This document shows positions 36,791 through 49,053 of a DNA stretch of 64,000 nucleotides, piece after piece (positions within the stretch are counted from its first letter, which is position 1; each line of letters begins with the position of its first letter). This DNA comes from a virus. Taxonomy: Duplodnaviria > Caudoviricetes. The stretch lies in the IMG/VR virus record IMGVR_UViG_3300046167_000798; one strand, given 5' to 3'. The notes beneath the pieces are model-generated. The model had not been told where the DNA came from, made no database searches, and worked only from the letters and a program-made list of their open reading frames with translations. The translations under genes were made by a program, and so were the position numbers.

Positions 36791-38428
36791 TTAAGGTTTG
36801 TAAAAAACGAATATTGGTTCAAATTTATATGCCTTTCCATCGTACTGAACTGCATTCTTAATTCCACTCTTAGAAGGGTCTAATCCAACCATTCGTGTCA
36901 TTAACATTTTAAGTTTTCCTTTATATTCACATCCTAATTCATTTAAGATATCAATTGAATCTTGTTCCAATGGATAGTAAGTACTTTCACCAATCTTAAT
37001 ATCTGCAATATTCCATAGGATATACCTATCGTTTTTAAGATATTCATAGATTGTTGTTAGAGTAGGTCTTAGAAAGTTATCTCTCCAATCTTCATACTCA
37101 CCATAAGCTTTGAAGGATTGGTTCTCATCTTGTGAATATTGTTCTCTATTAAAGTAAGGAGGTGAAGTAAATGAAATATCTAATTTACCTTTATACTTTT
37201 GGAACTCAGGATTGTTTTTAATTAACTCTGAACCATCTTGGAATAACTCATAAGTGTTACCTTGCTTTTCTACATCAAAGAATGATGTAAGTTTATCTGA
37301 ATAATTATCTACACAATTATCATTATAAAACTTAGCCATGTACTCATAACGAGAAATACCTTCTTCATCTAAGAAGTTATCAGGATTAGGGTCTGTACCA
37401 ACATAATGGATTTTCTTACGAGAACTCATTGCTCCTAAGATTCTACCACCCCAACCACTCGATGAATCATAAATATGTAATGGTTCATCTGTATCGATGT
37501 GATTAGTATAGTTTTCATAAATCCACTTTGCAGTTAGTGCAGGGAAGTTTACAGCTGGTTGTCCACAACTTAATCTAAATACTTGTAATATCTTTGGAAA
37601 GATACCTGAATCTTTTTCATACCAACGTATTTGATATGCATAGTTTTGTGTTGTACCTGCTTCAGATGTCCATGAAGATTCAATTCTATCTATATTAGAT
37701 AATTGAGTATCTGATAAGAAACCATCATCTTTTAGTTGTTGAACTTGTTCGGCTTTTAGATAAAGATTTTTAGTACCAATATACTCTTCGTTAAAAGTAC
37801 CATAATTTTCAAGAGTTCTTGTATTTACTTTTGAAATCCAAATAGCTAAATCTTTATATTTTCCTTTGAATACTTTACCATTGTAAACATCTTTTATAAA
37901 ATCAATAGCACCTTGTCCATTCCAAAAAGGATTCTCATCTTTTTTATCTACAACAGAACGAGACCAAGAATACATAGAATCCCTCTTTACTGCTCGTTTC
38001 ATTATATGAACAAACTTATCTTCCATCGTTGGGTCTGAGAAATGGTCATAAATAGATAAACCATTATCAGCAGATTTACCAATTGAAATCTTAGTTTTTA
38101 ACATTGTAGGAAAAAACTGATTTACAACTGATGCATCTTTATTAAAGTTTTTAATGATACCCAATGATTCATCATCACCACTTAAATCCTTTTCCCAATA
38201 ATCTGCTGGGTTAGATTTAAGTTTCTTGAACTTTTCAATAATACCATCTTCATCTCTACCAATTACTGGTGGAGTACCTCGTTCATCCCATTGTTCAGTA
38301 ACTTCTTTACGAAGTAAACGAGCCCATACCACAAACTCATCATCAGTCATTTCTAACAACTGATGATAAGTAGTATTGGAACTAAACTCGGAAAACTTAC
38401 TTCTTTCGTAAAAGTGTTTGTTACTCAT
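36791..38428 (-). CDS. Amino-type (N4C/N6A) DNA methyltransferase, long form
   Basis: YDSSSGWGGR (SAM motif I), YVGTDPN, FTSPPYF (motif IV), EPIFVF. Confidence 0.82.
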   Translation of the reverse strand: MSNKHFYERSKFSEFSSNTTYHQLLEMTDDEFVVWARLLRKEVTEQWDERGTPPVIGRDEDGIIEKFKKLKSNPADYWEKDLSGDDESLGIIKNFNKDASVVNQFFPTMLKTKISIGKSADNGLSIYDHFSDPTMEDKFVHIMKRAVKRDSMYSWSRSVVDKKDENPFWNGQGAIDFIKDVYNGKVFKGKYKDLAIWISKVNTRTLENYGTFNEEYIGTKNLYLKAEQVQQLKDDGFLSDTQLSNIDRIESSWTSEAGTTQNYAYQIRWYEKDSGIFPKILQVFRLSCGQPAVNFPALTAKWIYENYTNHIDTDEPLHIYDSSSGWGGRILGAMSSRKKIHYVGTDPNPDNFLDEEGISRYEYMAKFYNDNCVDNYSDKLTSFFDVEKQGNTYELFQDGSELIKNNPEFQKYKGKLDISFTSPPYFNREQYSQDENQSFKAYGEYEDWRDNFLRPTLTTIYEYLKNDRYILWNIADIKIGESTYYPLEQDSIDILNELGCEYKGKLKMLMTRMVGLDPSKSGIKNAVQYDGKAYKFEPIFVFYKP

Positions 38429-39144
38429 TAAGATTGAATTTCTACAAGATAATAATTTGATTCGTAGTTATCGATTGAAAAAGAAATATGTGCCAATCCT
38501 TGTGATGAAATCTTTAAGGTAGCATCTGTTGCTTCTTTGTTTGCAACTAGTATCTCTTTTAAGTATGTAGCTGAGAAAGAAATTGGGTCTACTTTATCAG
38601 TTGTACAAGTACATTCAACATCGATGTTAATTCTATTTGTATTGATATTAGAATATCCTAAGATAATCTGACCAGAACCTTCTTTACAAGTAAATGTAAA
38701 GTTATTCTCATCTTGTAAAGCACCTTTTGCTTTGATAAACTTGTTTATAAAGTTTGAATCTAATTTAATTTCTACATTGAAATCAGGTAATTGTTTCAAA
38801 TCTGGTACATTAGGGATAACAGATAAATCTGCTAACATATAATTTACATTTGTTGAACCATCTTTGAATTTTAAAGATACTGGTTTCCCATCAATATCAT
38901 TGATTGAGAAATCTACATCGTTACCAAGAACTGATAACATTTTTGTAAGTTTAGTTGTATCATATACACCAAACTCAGAATTTGAACCTTCGAATTCACT
39001 CATTGATACTGTTCCTAGAACCGATTTATCATCTGAAATGAAATTAGTAGATAGTGAACCATCTTTTGATTCCCATTTTACAGATTCTACTAAACCTGCA
39101 AGGTTGTATTTTGATACAAACCTATTTAATGACTGTTTTTCCAT
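38428..39144 (-). CDS. Sliding clamp (T4 gp45-like)
   Basis: 238 aa; FGVYDTTKLTKMLSV, F..TYLKEIL, LKISSQGL, YYLVEIQ; replisome context. Confidence 0.75.
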   Translation of the reverse strand: MEKQSLNRFVSKYNLAGLVESVKWESKDGSLSTNFISDDKSVLGTVSMSEFEGSNSEFGVYDTTKLTKMLSVLGNDVDFSINDIDGKPVSLKFKDGSTNVNYMLADLSVIPNVPDLKQLPDFNVEIKLDSNFINKFIKAKGALQDENNFTFTCKEGSGQIILGYSNINTNRINIDVECTCTTDKVDPISFSATYLKEILVANKEATDATLKISSQGLAHISFSIDNYESNYYLVEIQS

Positions 39145-39177
39145 TGTTTATTTACTTAATTATAATTTATATTTGTA

Positions 39178-39209
39178 CAAATATACGAAATTTATTTGAA
39201 ACCACCAAG
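39178..39209 (-). promoter_or_regulatory. Class A promoter (CTTG-N20-TATATTTG)
   Basis: Consensus match. Confidence 0.8.
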
Positions 39210-39225
39210 CTTTTTCGTATTTATT

Positions 39226-40854
<1,629 letters not shown>

Positions 40855-40857
40855 TTA

Positions 40858-41223
40858 TTATACATTTGTTGCTTTTACTTCAAATCCACCATACTTAGTG
40901 TATTCTTCGTTTGGTACTCCAACATCTATCCAATCTTCACATCCTTTATTTCTTGAATCTGAATATACTTCCATTTCATATGCTTCTTCCATAGATAAAT
41001 CATATACTTCATCTTCACCATAAACTTCCATATTAGTTTCATTAGAATAGAATTCTTCGTTACACCAAACATTATCTCCAAGATAATCTAAAAGTTCTTC
41101 TGGTGTGTTACCTTCATATGGTGGTTCACACTTTCTTAATTTTTCAACATCAACCTCAATTGGTTTTGTTGCTTCCCATAGTGTGTATCTTTCACACTTT
41201 CTTACATAAATTTTTTCACTCAT
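40858..41223 (-). CDS. Acidic hypothetical protein
   Basis: 121-aa ORF between polB and groEL. Confidence 0.65.
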   Translation of the reverse strand: MSEKIYVRKCERYTLWEATKPIEVDVEKLRKCEPPYEGNTPEELLDYLGDNVWCNEEFYSNETNMEVYGEDEVYDLSMEEAYEMEVYSDSRNKGCEDWIDVGVPNEEYTKYGGFEVKATNV

Positions 41224-41274
41224 TTGTTTTATATTTAATTTATTAATTTCAATTTTTGTACCATTTGGTATTAT

Positions 41275-41291
41275 ACTGACATATTGTCAGT
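41275..41291. promoter_or_regulatory. Perfect palindrome ACTGACA-N3-TGTCAGT (candidate operator)
   Basis: Intergenic, directly after the polB stop and upstream of the ORF-groEL unit. Confidence 0.35.
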
Positions 41292-43809
41292 TTAAAAGTT
41301 AAAGAACTTTTCAGCAGTTCTTTGTTCACTAATTACTTCACCCCAACCAATCGCATCATAGAAAACTTGAAGTTTATGTCCTAATTCTCTTTCAAAGATT
41401 TTATTGTGGTCAATGTAAGTAGCTAAAAAATCTTCTATCTCTGGTGGGTCATTATAACCTGTAAATGCTAATCCATCAATTCCTAATGGATTATCTTTAA
41501 GATATACCCATTTTACCTTATCACCATTTTTTAGTGGTTCATATTTGAAAGGAGCTTTGAAATGTTTTAAACAATCATTATATAAAATAGATGCCTTAAC
41601 ATGAGCAGGTGTTCCTTTCATCATTGAGAATCTTTCTCTCTTACCTTTCGGCATATACTTCTTAAGATTCTTTACTGCTGAGTTCTTTGCAATCTCAGAT
41701 GTTGGTCTGTTTACCATATTCTTTTTGAAATCTAAAACATAATCTGAAATTTCTTCTTCTGTTTTACCCTTTAGAATATCAATAAGAACAGTACCCATAC
41801 ATTCTTGGAATGCTTTTGGAAATGATGAACGTTTAACATCTAATCCTTTTACATCTAATTTATCGCAAGGTACACCATTATCTGATATAATCCATTGTGC
41901 ATATCGTTTCTTTGCTACCCACAATCCTGCTTTTGCAACATACTCTTTCTTAATCTCTAATCTATGTTTATCAACATCTACATTAAAAATCTTCTTAGAT
42001 AAGATATCATAGAAATCATTGAGGTAATCTTGCATCTCTTCTGCAATATCATTTACATAACCAGCAATTGTATCTTGGTCTTGTTCCTTCCAATTAGGAA
42101 TTCGTTTATCCATCAAAGGAACTGCTGAGAAGAATACAGAATCAGTATCAATGTATATGTTAGAATCCAAATCAGGATTACCAAGTTCCTTATTGTACTT
42201 GATGTTAGCCATATCAGCAGTTGATTTAATAACTGTTTGTCCTGTTGTGGTAACAGCGGTAGCATTATCAACATCATAGAACCTAAAGGCAGGAAGACCA
42301 AGAACACCATATAAAGAGTTAAGTAAAATCTTCTGAACCAACTGACGTTTGTGATAGAAGGCATATTTTTCTTTGTTTCCTGCTTTTCCATATTTTTTCA
42401 TCTCATCTTTATATTCAACTCGTTTTTGAAACCACAAGTCAAGGATACCAGGTATACAACCAACTGTATCTGTTCTATAAAGTACACCATTAGATGCAAT
42501 TGCGAATTTAGATTGTTCTAAATATTCTTTTAAGTTTTCTTTTGATATCGAATCTTCTCCGATATAATAAGTATCAACTTCTCCCTTTACAAACTTATTT
42601 GCATCCCAATCTTGAATCTTACCAATCTTAGTTTCAGGTGAAATGTTTACAGTCATAATGAATAGAAGGATATAGTGAAGTTAAATCCAAATCATAAATC
42701 CATTCATACTTACCAACGATTGGTGCTTTTACATAAGCTCCGATAAACTTCTCTTGGTTATTATCTCTAATAGCCTGCATTCTTTCTTGTCTATCCGCTG
42801 GTTTGTTTGGTGCAACTAAGTTTCTTCTTCTTAGATAAGTTAACATTGCTCCTTCAAGATACTTTGATGAGTAAACAAAATCTTCATATGGTACATGACC
42901 AGCATGACAAATACCTCTACATAAATCAATGAACTGAAGTTTCTTATCGAAATCCACAACTAACTCAACATCCACTAAGTTATACTCAATGAACTTATCA
43001 ATATCATCTCTGAATAATTGGTCTAAGTTTCCTTGATATTCAATCTTACCTCTACCCAATTCTATTTTAGCAACAGTATCTAATCGATAGTTTGGAAGTT
43101 CACCATAGTTATAAATCTTGTAAAGTGAAATGTAATCTAAATAAGATACACCTGCCATAAAATATCTTTTACGATAAGGTGACCAAAAACATTGTCCGAT
43201 TGGTGATAATCTGTTTGCTTGTTTCTCACCTAATAATCTTTTGATTCTATTATATAACATTGGTGTATCGAAATAATCAATATTCCAACCTGTAACGATT
43301 GATGGATTAATCATTTCATATAATTCCAAATACTTCATTAACATATCTCGTTCATCTTGAAATGGAAGAACAATACATTTATCAGTAGTTTTTTCTTTCA
43401 TACCACCTTCCTTATCAACAACTAATACCCAATATTGGTTTGTTGCTGAATCATGAAGTGCAATTGAAGTTAACTCGTTTTTAGCTTCTTCGGGATTTGG
43501 TAATCCACTTAACATCTCACACTCAATATCATATGTAAGAATAACATGACCTGTTGATGCATCATCTGAATCTGAATATAAATCAACTAAAGCTCTAGTA
43601 GTTTCAGGTACATCTGATTCAAATAAATCAGGGTCATCCTTCTTAAACTTATAAACTTTAGTTAAGGTATCTCCATAAATAGATTTATACTCACCTCTCT
43701 GAACTTTCTCATATGCATATCTTGTATATGGAAATGCAGAATATCCTCTTTGGTCATCCCAAAGATGGATTAAATTTCTTTCTCGTTGATAATAAATGTT
43801 TTGATACAA
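41292..43809 (-). CDS. polB: Family B DNA polymerase (T4 gp43-like; ~838 aa after repairing one indel)
   Basis: YDIEC, GWNIDYFD, YNLVD (exonuclease); DLTSLYPSI, KILLNSLYG, YIDTDS; extra T at 42661-42662. Confidence 0.96.
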
Positions 43810-43833
43810 ATTCTACTGTTTTATTTTATTATA

Positions 43834-43865
43834 CAAATATACGAATTATTTTTCAAATATCCAAA
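43834..43865 (-). promoter_or_regulatory. Class A promoter (TTTG-N20-TATATTTG) upstream of polB
   Basis: Perfect consensus. Confidence 0.82.
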
Positions 43866-45096
43866 TCGGCTCACCAAAAGTTTTATCTTTATTTTCTTCT
43901 GAGTTCTTTAAAGTTTCTTCTGAGTACTGATTTTGGTTATGTTCTGTGTTCTTTACTGTTCCTGCTCCACCACTATTAGGTCTTTTTGCCATTTCCATAC
44001 CAATACAACCTTTGTAGGTTAATCCTTTTGATATTAAGAAATCTCCCATAGGGTTTGTAATTTCTTTCCAATCTTTACCACCTTTACCACTTGTGAATAC
44101 ATCAGCGATATTAATTGCCATTAAACCACCTTTTTTAATTGTTGGTATAATCTTTTCTAATGATTTATGTAGGAAATGTTTATTCCAAGCATCTATTTCT
44201 TTATATCTTATCCAACTTTGAGTATCATCATCACCATACCTTTCTACATTAAAGTAAGGAGGTGAAGTAAATACCAAATCAAAGTAATCTTGATAATCTG
44301 AATAATCAAAATCTTCTGCTGGTGATTGGTAAAAGTTTGTTTTAGTTGGGTTCTCAAAGAACGAAGTATGTTTTCTATAAAAATCAGCTTGTTCTATATA
44401 AATTGGATGATTTTCTTTACGAGGGTCTAACCCTACATAGTGTTCTATTGTTTCACTTGCAAATGCTCCACTTAATCTATCACCCCAACCCATTGAGAAA
44501 TCTAACATAGTTTTACTACCTAGATATTCTGTAAGAGCCTTAGTAACATTTGGTTTGTGTTGAGAAGCAATATACTTTCTTAATCCAATCATTATTCTTA
44601 ATTCCTTTTTACCAACTTGTGTTAGTTTTAAAGAATATGCCGCTCCCATTAAAGATATCATAAAAGGTCTTGTTCTCCAAGTTCTGGCCGGACCAGGATA
44701 ACCTGATGAACATATACTCCATCTGTTTCTCTCTTGAAAGAAATTAGATGAAAGGTTACCTAAGTTATATCTTTTGAATAAAATCTGTTTACCCTCATAT
44801 GTAAGTGGATATTTAGATTCTCTTGATTTTCTTGGAAACCATTCTTCTTCTTTTAATAACTCATTGTACCGAATACCTTTGAGTTTCATATAATCATCTC
44901 TGGCATCTTCGATGGTGTACTTATCAGTTGCATAAGGAAGTGGATACTTCATAAACAAATCAGCCAACATTTCCTTTACTTGGTCTTTTGGATATGATTC
45001 TTTTAAAGTTTCCCAATCCTCAGGTGATATGGTAGGGTATTCTCCATCATAAGTACCCTTTTCATATTTAGATAATATATCTTCTGCGTTTGTCAT
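43846..45096 (-). CDS. Amino-type (N4C/N6A) DNA methyltransferase, paralog of 36791..38428
   Basis: LDFSMGWGDR, YVGLDP, FTSPPYF, EPIWIF. Confidence 0.85.
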   Translation of the reverse strand: MTNAEDILSKYEKGTYDGEYPTISPEDWETLKESYPKDQVKEMLADLFMKYPLPYATDKYTIEDARDDYMKLKGIRYNELLKEEEWFPRKSRESKYPLTYEGKQILFKRYNLGNLSSNFFQERNRWSICSSGYPGPARTWRTRPFMISLMGAAYSLKLTQVGKKELRIMIGLRKYIASQHKPNVTKALTEYLGSKTMLDFSMGWGDRLSGAFASETIEHYVGLDPRKENHPIYIEQADFYRKHTSFFENPTKTNFYQSPAEDFDYSDYQDYFDLVFTSPPYFNVERYGDDDTQSWIRYKEIDAWNKHFLHKSLEKIIPTIKKGGLMAINIADVFTSGKGGKDWKEITNPMGDFLISKGLTYKGCIGMEMAKRPNSGGAGTVKNTEHNQNQYSEETLKNSEENKDKTFGEPIWIFEK

Positions 45097-45144
45097 AAGT
45101 TGTTGATACTCAGTTAGTTATAAGTCATTGATACTCAGTTAGTT
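45095..45144. repeat. Tandem 25-bp direct repeat (23/25 identical), each unit an imperfect palindrome
   Basis: ATAAGTTGTTGATACTCAGTTAGTT / ATAAGTCATTGATACTCAGTTAGTT. Confidence 0.9.
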
Positions 45145-45579
45145 ACTATATGTTTTTACTGCATTTCTATGAATTTCTAAAACTTCTTCTCTTAATAGAT
45201 TTTCAGATTCCCATCCTTCTTCTTTTTCTTTTCTAAATTTATAAACTAAAGATAAAGTTTTACAAATCCATTCATACAATTCTCCTTTACTTAATTCTTC
45301 CCAAATTAACTTTTTTCTGGCTTGTGTTATTATATCTTTTACAGGTATAATATGCTCTCGTAAAAGTTCTTCTTGAATATAATTTGGCCTGAAATAATTT
45401 TCTCTATATTTTTGATACACCATAGTAGATACTGGAAATCTTAGATTAAATTTAGTTTCCATTTTACTATGAAGTTTTCTAAGAGAATCATTCAAATCAT
45501 CATTATCAATTATATCCCCATCAATTTGAGCTTTTAAATTAATATAAAAAGAAGATGATAATTCTGAATAGTTATACAT
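45139..45579 (-). CDS. Hypothetical protein with an HNH-like EHIIP motif
   Basis: LLREHIIPVKDII; rest of an HNH fold not evident. Confidence 0.5.
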   Translation of the reverse strand: MYNYSELSSSFYINLKAQIDGDIIDNDDLNDSLRKLHSKMETKFNLRFPVSTMVYQKYRENYFRPNYIQEELLREHIIPVKDIITQARKKLIWEELSKGELYEWICKTLSLVYKFRKEKEEGWESENLLREEVLEIHRNAVKTYSN

Positions 45580-46733
45580 TTGGTTTTAATATTTGTCCTT
45601 CTTCAGTATTCTTTTGTCCAATAAATCCAGCAACCTTAATTCTTTCTTTTGAACTTGGATGAATAGCCGATAAACATTCATTTAAATTTTCCATCATAGT
45701 CTTTCTATTCTTATCAATATTCTTTTCAGTTGGTGTATGTCCTGAATGTATTCCTAAAAACAATATCCATTTGATAGTATCACCATTTAATATCTCTTGT
45801 TGAATTTGTTTCGATATGTGCATTACAAAACGGTCAATAGATGAACTATATATGTAAAATGGTTTATATAACTCAGTATCATCTTCAAAAACTTCTTGAG
45901 GAATTACTTTGTTTGAATCAGCAAATTTAAGTCCTCCATTAATAGTTTGTCCTTTCCATACTCCCTCACCATCATATATCGAATCAAACCACTCTGTGGC
46001 TTCTTCTGTTGTAGTTACAACACTACAAAATTTAGATGGTGTATTCTTACCGAGTAAAGAATTAATCAGTTTAGACCACTTTCTTACATCAGGTCTTTTC
46101 CCATATTCTTTTAAAATTGTTTGTAAATGTACTTCAAGAGTTACTCCCATCTGATTTTCACTAAGTTTGGAAGTGATTTCAGATTCTTTAAATCCTTCTT
46201 CTTCATACTCAGAATACAAATCATTCCAAGAATCTTTTGCTCTTCTTAGATTTAGTTCTATATCAGAATCTTTTATTGGGTTTTCAGTAGTTCTATCCGC
46301 TATCCTATTCTCAAGTCCTTTTAATCTCAGTTTAATAGCTTGAACTTCTTTATCTGATAAATGTTTATCAAATTTAACTTCAGCAAAAGGAGGATTATAT
46401 CCTATTTCTGTTGATGAAAAAGCCTTAGTATGAAACCCTAAAAACTCTTGATACTTATTACCTTGAGAATCATAAGAAGTACAGTATAATCCTGCTGGAT
46501 ATTGAGGATTCCATCCTCCATCTAACTTAAAATCATTTTGGAATCTTTTTACACGCTTCCTTATAATCTTCGTTATTTGAAGTTTTTTTAGCTCTTACTG
46601 CATTTTTTAATCGTTTTACATCAGTAATGGAGATAAATTCAATATCTCCTATTGTAATCCTACCAGAATCTACAAATGCATCAGCAAACTTTGGTAAGAA
46701 ATACTCTTCTTTTTTAAATTTTTGTACTATCAT
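45572..46733 (-). CDS. Hypothetical ~386-aa protein (possible ParB-like N-domain), after repairing one indel
   Basis: Removing one G at 46559-46560 joins 46533..46733 to 45572..46219 through an open frame (KRVKRFQNDFKLDGGWNPQYP..GFHT). Confidence 0.55.
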
Positions 46734-46784
46734 TATTTTTAGTGTGTTTTACGTTTAATTTTCGAGTGTATTATCACTCATTTA

Positions 46785-46817
46785 CAAATATACGAAAATT
46801 ATTTCAATTAGGCCAAG
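46785..46817 (-). promoter_or_regulatory. Class A promoter (CTTG-N21-TATATTTG)
   Basis: Consensus match; spacer is 21 nt. Confidence 0.7.
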
Positions 46818-46828
46818 CCTTTTATCAA

Positions 46829-47605
46829 TTATTTTCCTACATTCCAAAACTAATGCTCCTTCTGAAGCATGTTCCTTTTATAAATTCCCAAGCCTTACTA
46901 TCATATGTAAGTGAAGATGGGAATGGAGGTCTTTCTGCGTTCTTTACATTCTTGATTGAATTTGTATTTTGATAAGAATGTTTCAGCTCTACCCCTTTCT
47001 CTTTCTGTTGTGTTGTGACCAATTCTAACCCCATATACTTTGGCATCAGGCCACGCAAGTTGTAAACCTCTCGATAATACTCCACTACTCATTACAGTCC
47101 AAACCTCTTTAGGAGGTTCTATATCAAGTGAGAGGGCAGTATTTTTCATTGCCTCTATTATTATCGGGTGGTCACCACCAAATGGAATCAATTGAGAACC
47201 TTCATTCTCTTCAACATAATATCTTGCCTTCGCTTGAATATTAGTAAGATATCCCATTGGTACTTCAATGATATTACAACCTAAACGAATTGCCTCTGTT
47301 GTTAACCAATTATGTTTTCCTTTTGGAACAGTTACAGTTGCCTTCTTACCCAAATCATGACAAGCATATGCCAATGATAATTGAGCATAACCTTCTCTTG
47401 GTGAGGCATAAACCCATTCTTGAACACTAGGAAAAGATTCAACGAATACATTGAATGCTCTTCTCTTAGTTCCACCATCTAATAAATCATCTCTAACTAC
47501 TTTAATACCATCGTGTTCTATAATGATGGGTTTAGGTAATTTAATAGATGATTCTCCAACTGATTTGAAATCAAAAAATTCTAACTCTTTCAAATGTGTG
47601 TCCAA
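46829..47605 (-). CDS. Fold-type II PLP-dependent enzyme, phage type (~257 aa after repairing three indels)
   Basis: VVRDDLLDGGTKRR (PLP Lys), GYAQLSLA, SSGVLSRGL; repaired C-terminus PPFPSSLTYDSKAWEFIKEHASEGAL(V/F)WNVGK. Confidence 0.75.
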
Positions 47606-47793
47606 GTTTTACGTTTCACAATCTCTTCAATATTCCATGTACTAACTTTGAAGTTTCTAGCAATAACATTTGTAGAGAATCCTTGTTTTGCTAATTCTCT
47701 TATCTGTTTAACTTGCTCTGAAGTTAATTTAGAACGAGGGTGTGATTCACCTCTCAGTCTATTACTGAAAAACCAAAGTTCATCTATATTCAT
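47590..47793 (-). CDS. Stand-alone HTH protein resembling the C-terminal DNA-binding domain of phage HNH endonucleases
   Basis: RGESHPRSKLTSEQVKQIR..IARNFKVS..IVKRKTWTHI. Confidence 0.7.
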   Translation of the reverse strand: MNIDELWFFSNRLRGESHPRSKLTSEQVKQIRELAKQGFSTNVIARNFKVSTWNIEEIVKRKTWTHI

Positions 47794-47798
47794 TAAAT

Positions 47799-48446
47799 TT
47801 ATTTTCTTTGTTCATCTCTTTCAATCAAAGTACTCATATGGTCTGCAAAATGTAGAACATGACCTATATTACTTCGTTGAGCCTTTTTGATATCAAAGGT
47901 CTTTAGATATTTCATATTATCTTCATCGTAAATACCATCAGTAAGTTTAATTCCAAAGAATTCTTTTTCTGAGTATTTTAAATCATATTGAGATAATAGA
48001 TAAAATGTTCTATCAGTATGAGTCATATAACTGATATCATCATTCCAAGTATAAACATCACCTCTATTTTTTCGGTGCCATTCTGATTCTTGAATTTTGT
48101 AAGCCATATTTCCTCGTTCACCTAACTTTCCTAAATCGTGGTGAAATGCTGAAAATAATAACTCTTCTTGTGTGAAATCCACAATACCACCAGCTTCTTT
48201 ATAAAGTTTTAACATACGAAGTGAGTTTCTAGCCACATTCATAACATGGTCGATATACCCACCTTCATAAGCATTGTGGTAGTTTACATTTCCACTCGCT
48301 GGTGATAACATTAGGTTTGGTCCTAATTCTTCCATCGAGTACATATGGAGTAATTTTTCTAATCGTTCTCCATCAAACGATTTTTTAAGTGCCTCGATAA
48401 ACTTATTATAGTTCTCTTCGAGTTGAACTTCATTGTAACGATTCAT
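47799..48446 (-). CDS. HD-domain phosphohydrolase
   Basis: HNAYEGGYIDH, FHHDLGK, HFADH. Confidence 0.85.
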   Translation of the reverse strand: MNRYNEVQLEENYNKFIEALKKSFDGERLEKLLHMYSMEELGPNLMLSPASGNVNYHNAYEGGYIDHVMNVARNSLRMLKLYKEAGGIVDFTQEELLFSAFHHDLGKLGERGNMAYKIQESEWHRKNRGDVYTWNDDISYMTHTDRTFYLLSQYDLKYSEKEFFGIKLTDGIYDEDNMKYLKTFDIKKAQRSNIGHVLHFADHMSTLIERDEQRK

Positions 48447-48464
48447 TTTAATTAATTTTATGTT

Positions 48465-48704
48465 TTATTCTACTCTCTCAATTGGTACTGTGATTAACAC
48501 ATAACTATCGGTTTGAGGATGTTTTTGTGTAAAATCACAAAATGTTTCTAACTTCATCTTAAATGCAGTTTCAACATCTATATAGTATAGAACTTGAGAG
48601 CCATCCATACTACTTAACTTTTTACTTTTGTTAAATGGAATCTTTGGAGTTCCTTTTAACTTTACTTCTTTGTCATCTTTGTGTACAAATTTAATTCCTG
48701 CCAT
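48465..48704 (-). CDS. Hypothetical protein
   Basis: 79-aa ORF after a class A promoter. Confidence 0.65.
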   Translation of the reverse strand: MAGIKFVHKDDKEVKLKGTPKIPFNKSKKLSSMDGSQVLYYIDVETAFKMKLETFCDFTQKHPQTDSYVLITVPIERVE

Positions 48705-48725
48705 ATAATTTATTTATTTGTTATA

Positions 48726-48757
48726 CAAATATACGAAAAAAAATCGATATATCCAAA
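48726..48757 (-). promoter_or_regulatory. Class A promoter (TTTG-N20-TATATTTG)
   Basis: Perfect consensus. Confidence 0.82.
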
Positions 48758-48761
48758 TTAT

Positions 48762-49025
48762 TTACGATAAATTTTCATTTAAAGCATTTGTATAAGCCAA
48801 TTCTGATTGAACTCCTACCATTCTTTGTACTTCAACACCATCTTTTTCGATGATTACTGTTGGTACAGAACGTACATGATACTTTTGAGCCACTTCGAAT
48901 TGTGAATCAATATCCACATTTTGAAAGTTAACACTTGAAAATTTATTTTTAACGTTTTCCATTAGAGGTGTTAGAACCTTACAAGGTCCACACCATTCTG
49001 CATAAAACTTCTTTACTTCTACCAT
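48762..49025 (-). CDS. trxA: Thioredoxin
   Basis: WCGPC, VRSVPT; directly downstream of nrdA. Confidence 0.92.
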   Translation of the reverse strand: MVEVKKFYAEWCGPCKVLTPLMENVKNKFSSVNFQNVDIDSQFEVAQKYHVRSVPTVIIEKDGVEVQRMVGVQSELAYTNALNENLS

Positions 49026-49053
49026 TTTAATTTCTCCTATTATTAATTAATTG

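Noticed and set aside
42634-42662. Programmed frameshift or split DNA polymerase (also TBDR, nrdB)
   Set aside because: No slippery heptamer or stimulatory structure; the same one-base-insertion pattern appears in 11 unrelated genes, which fits sequencing error better
47590-47793. Homing endonuclease
   Set aside because: Only the C-terminal HTH part is present; no HNH catalytic region upstream
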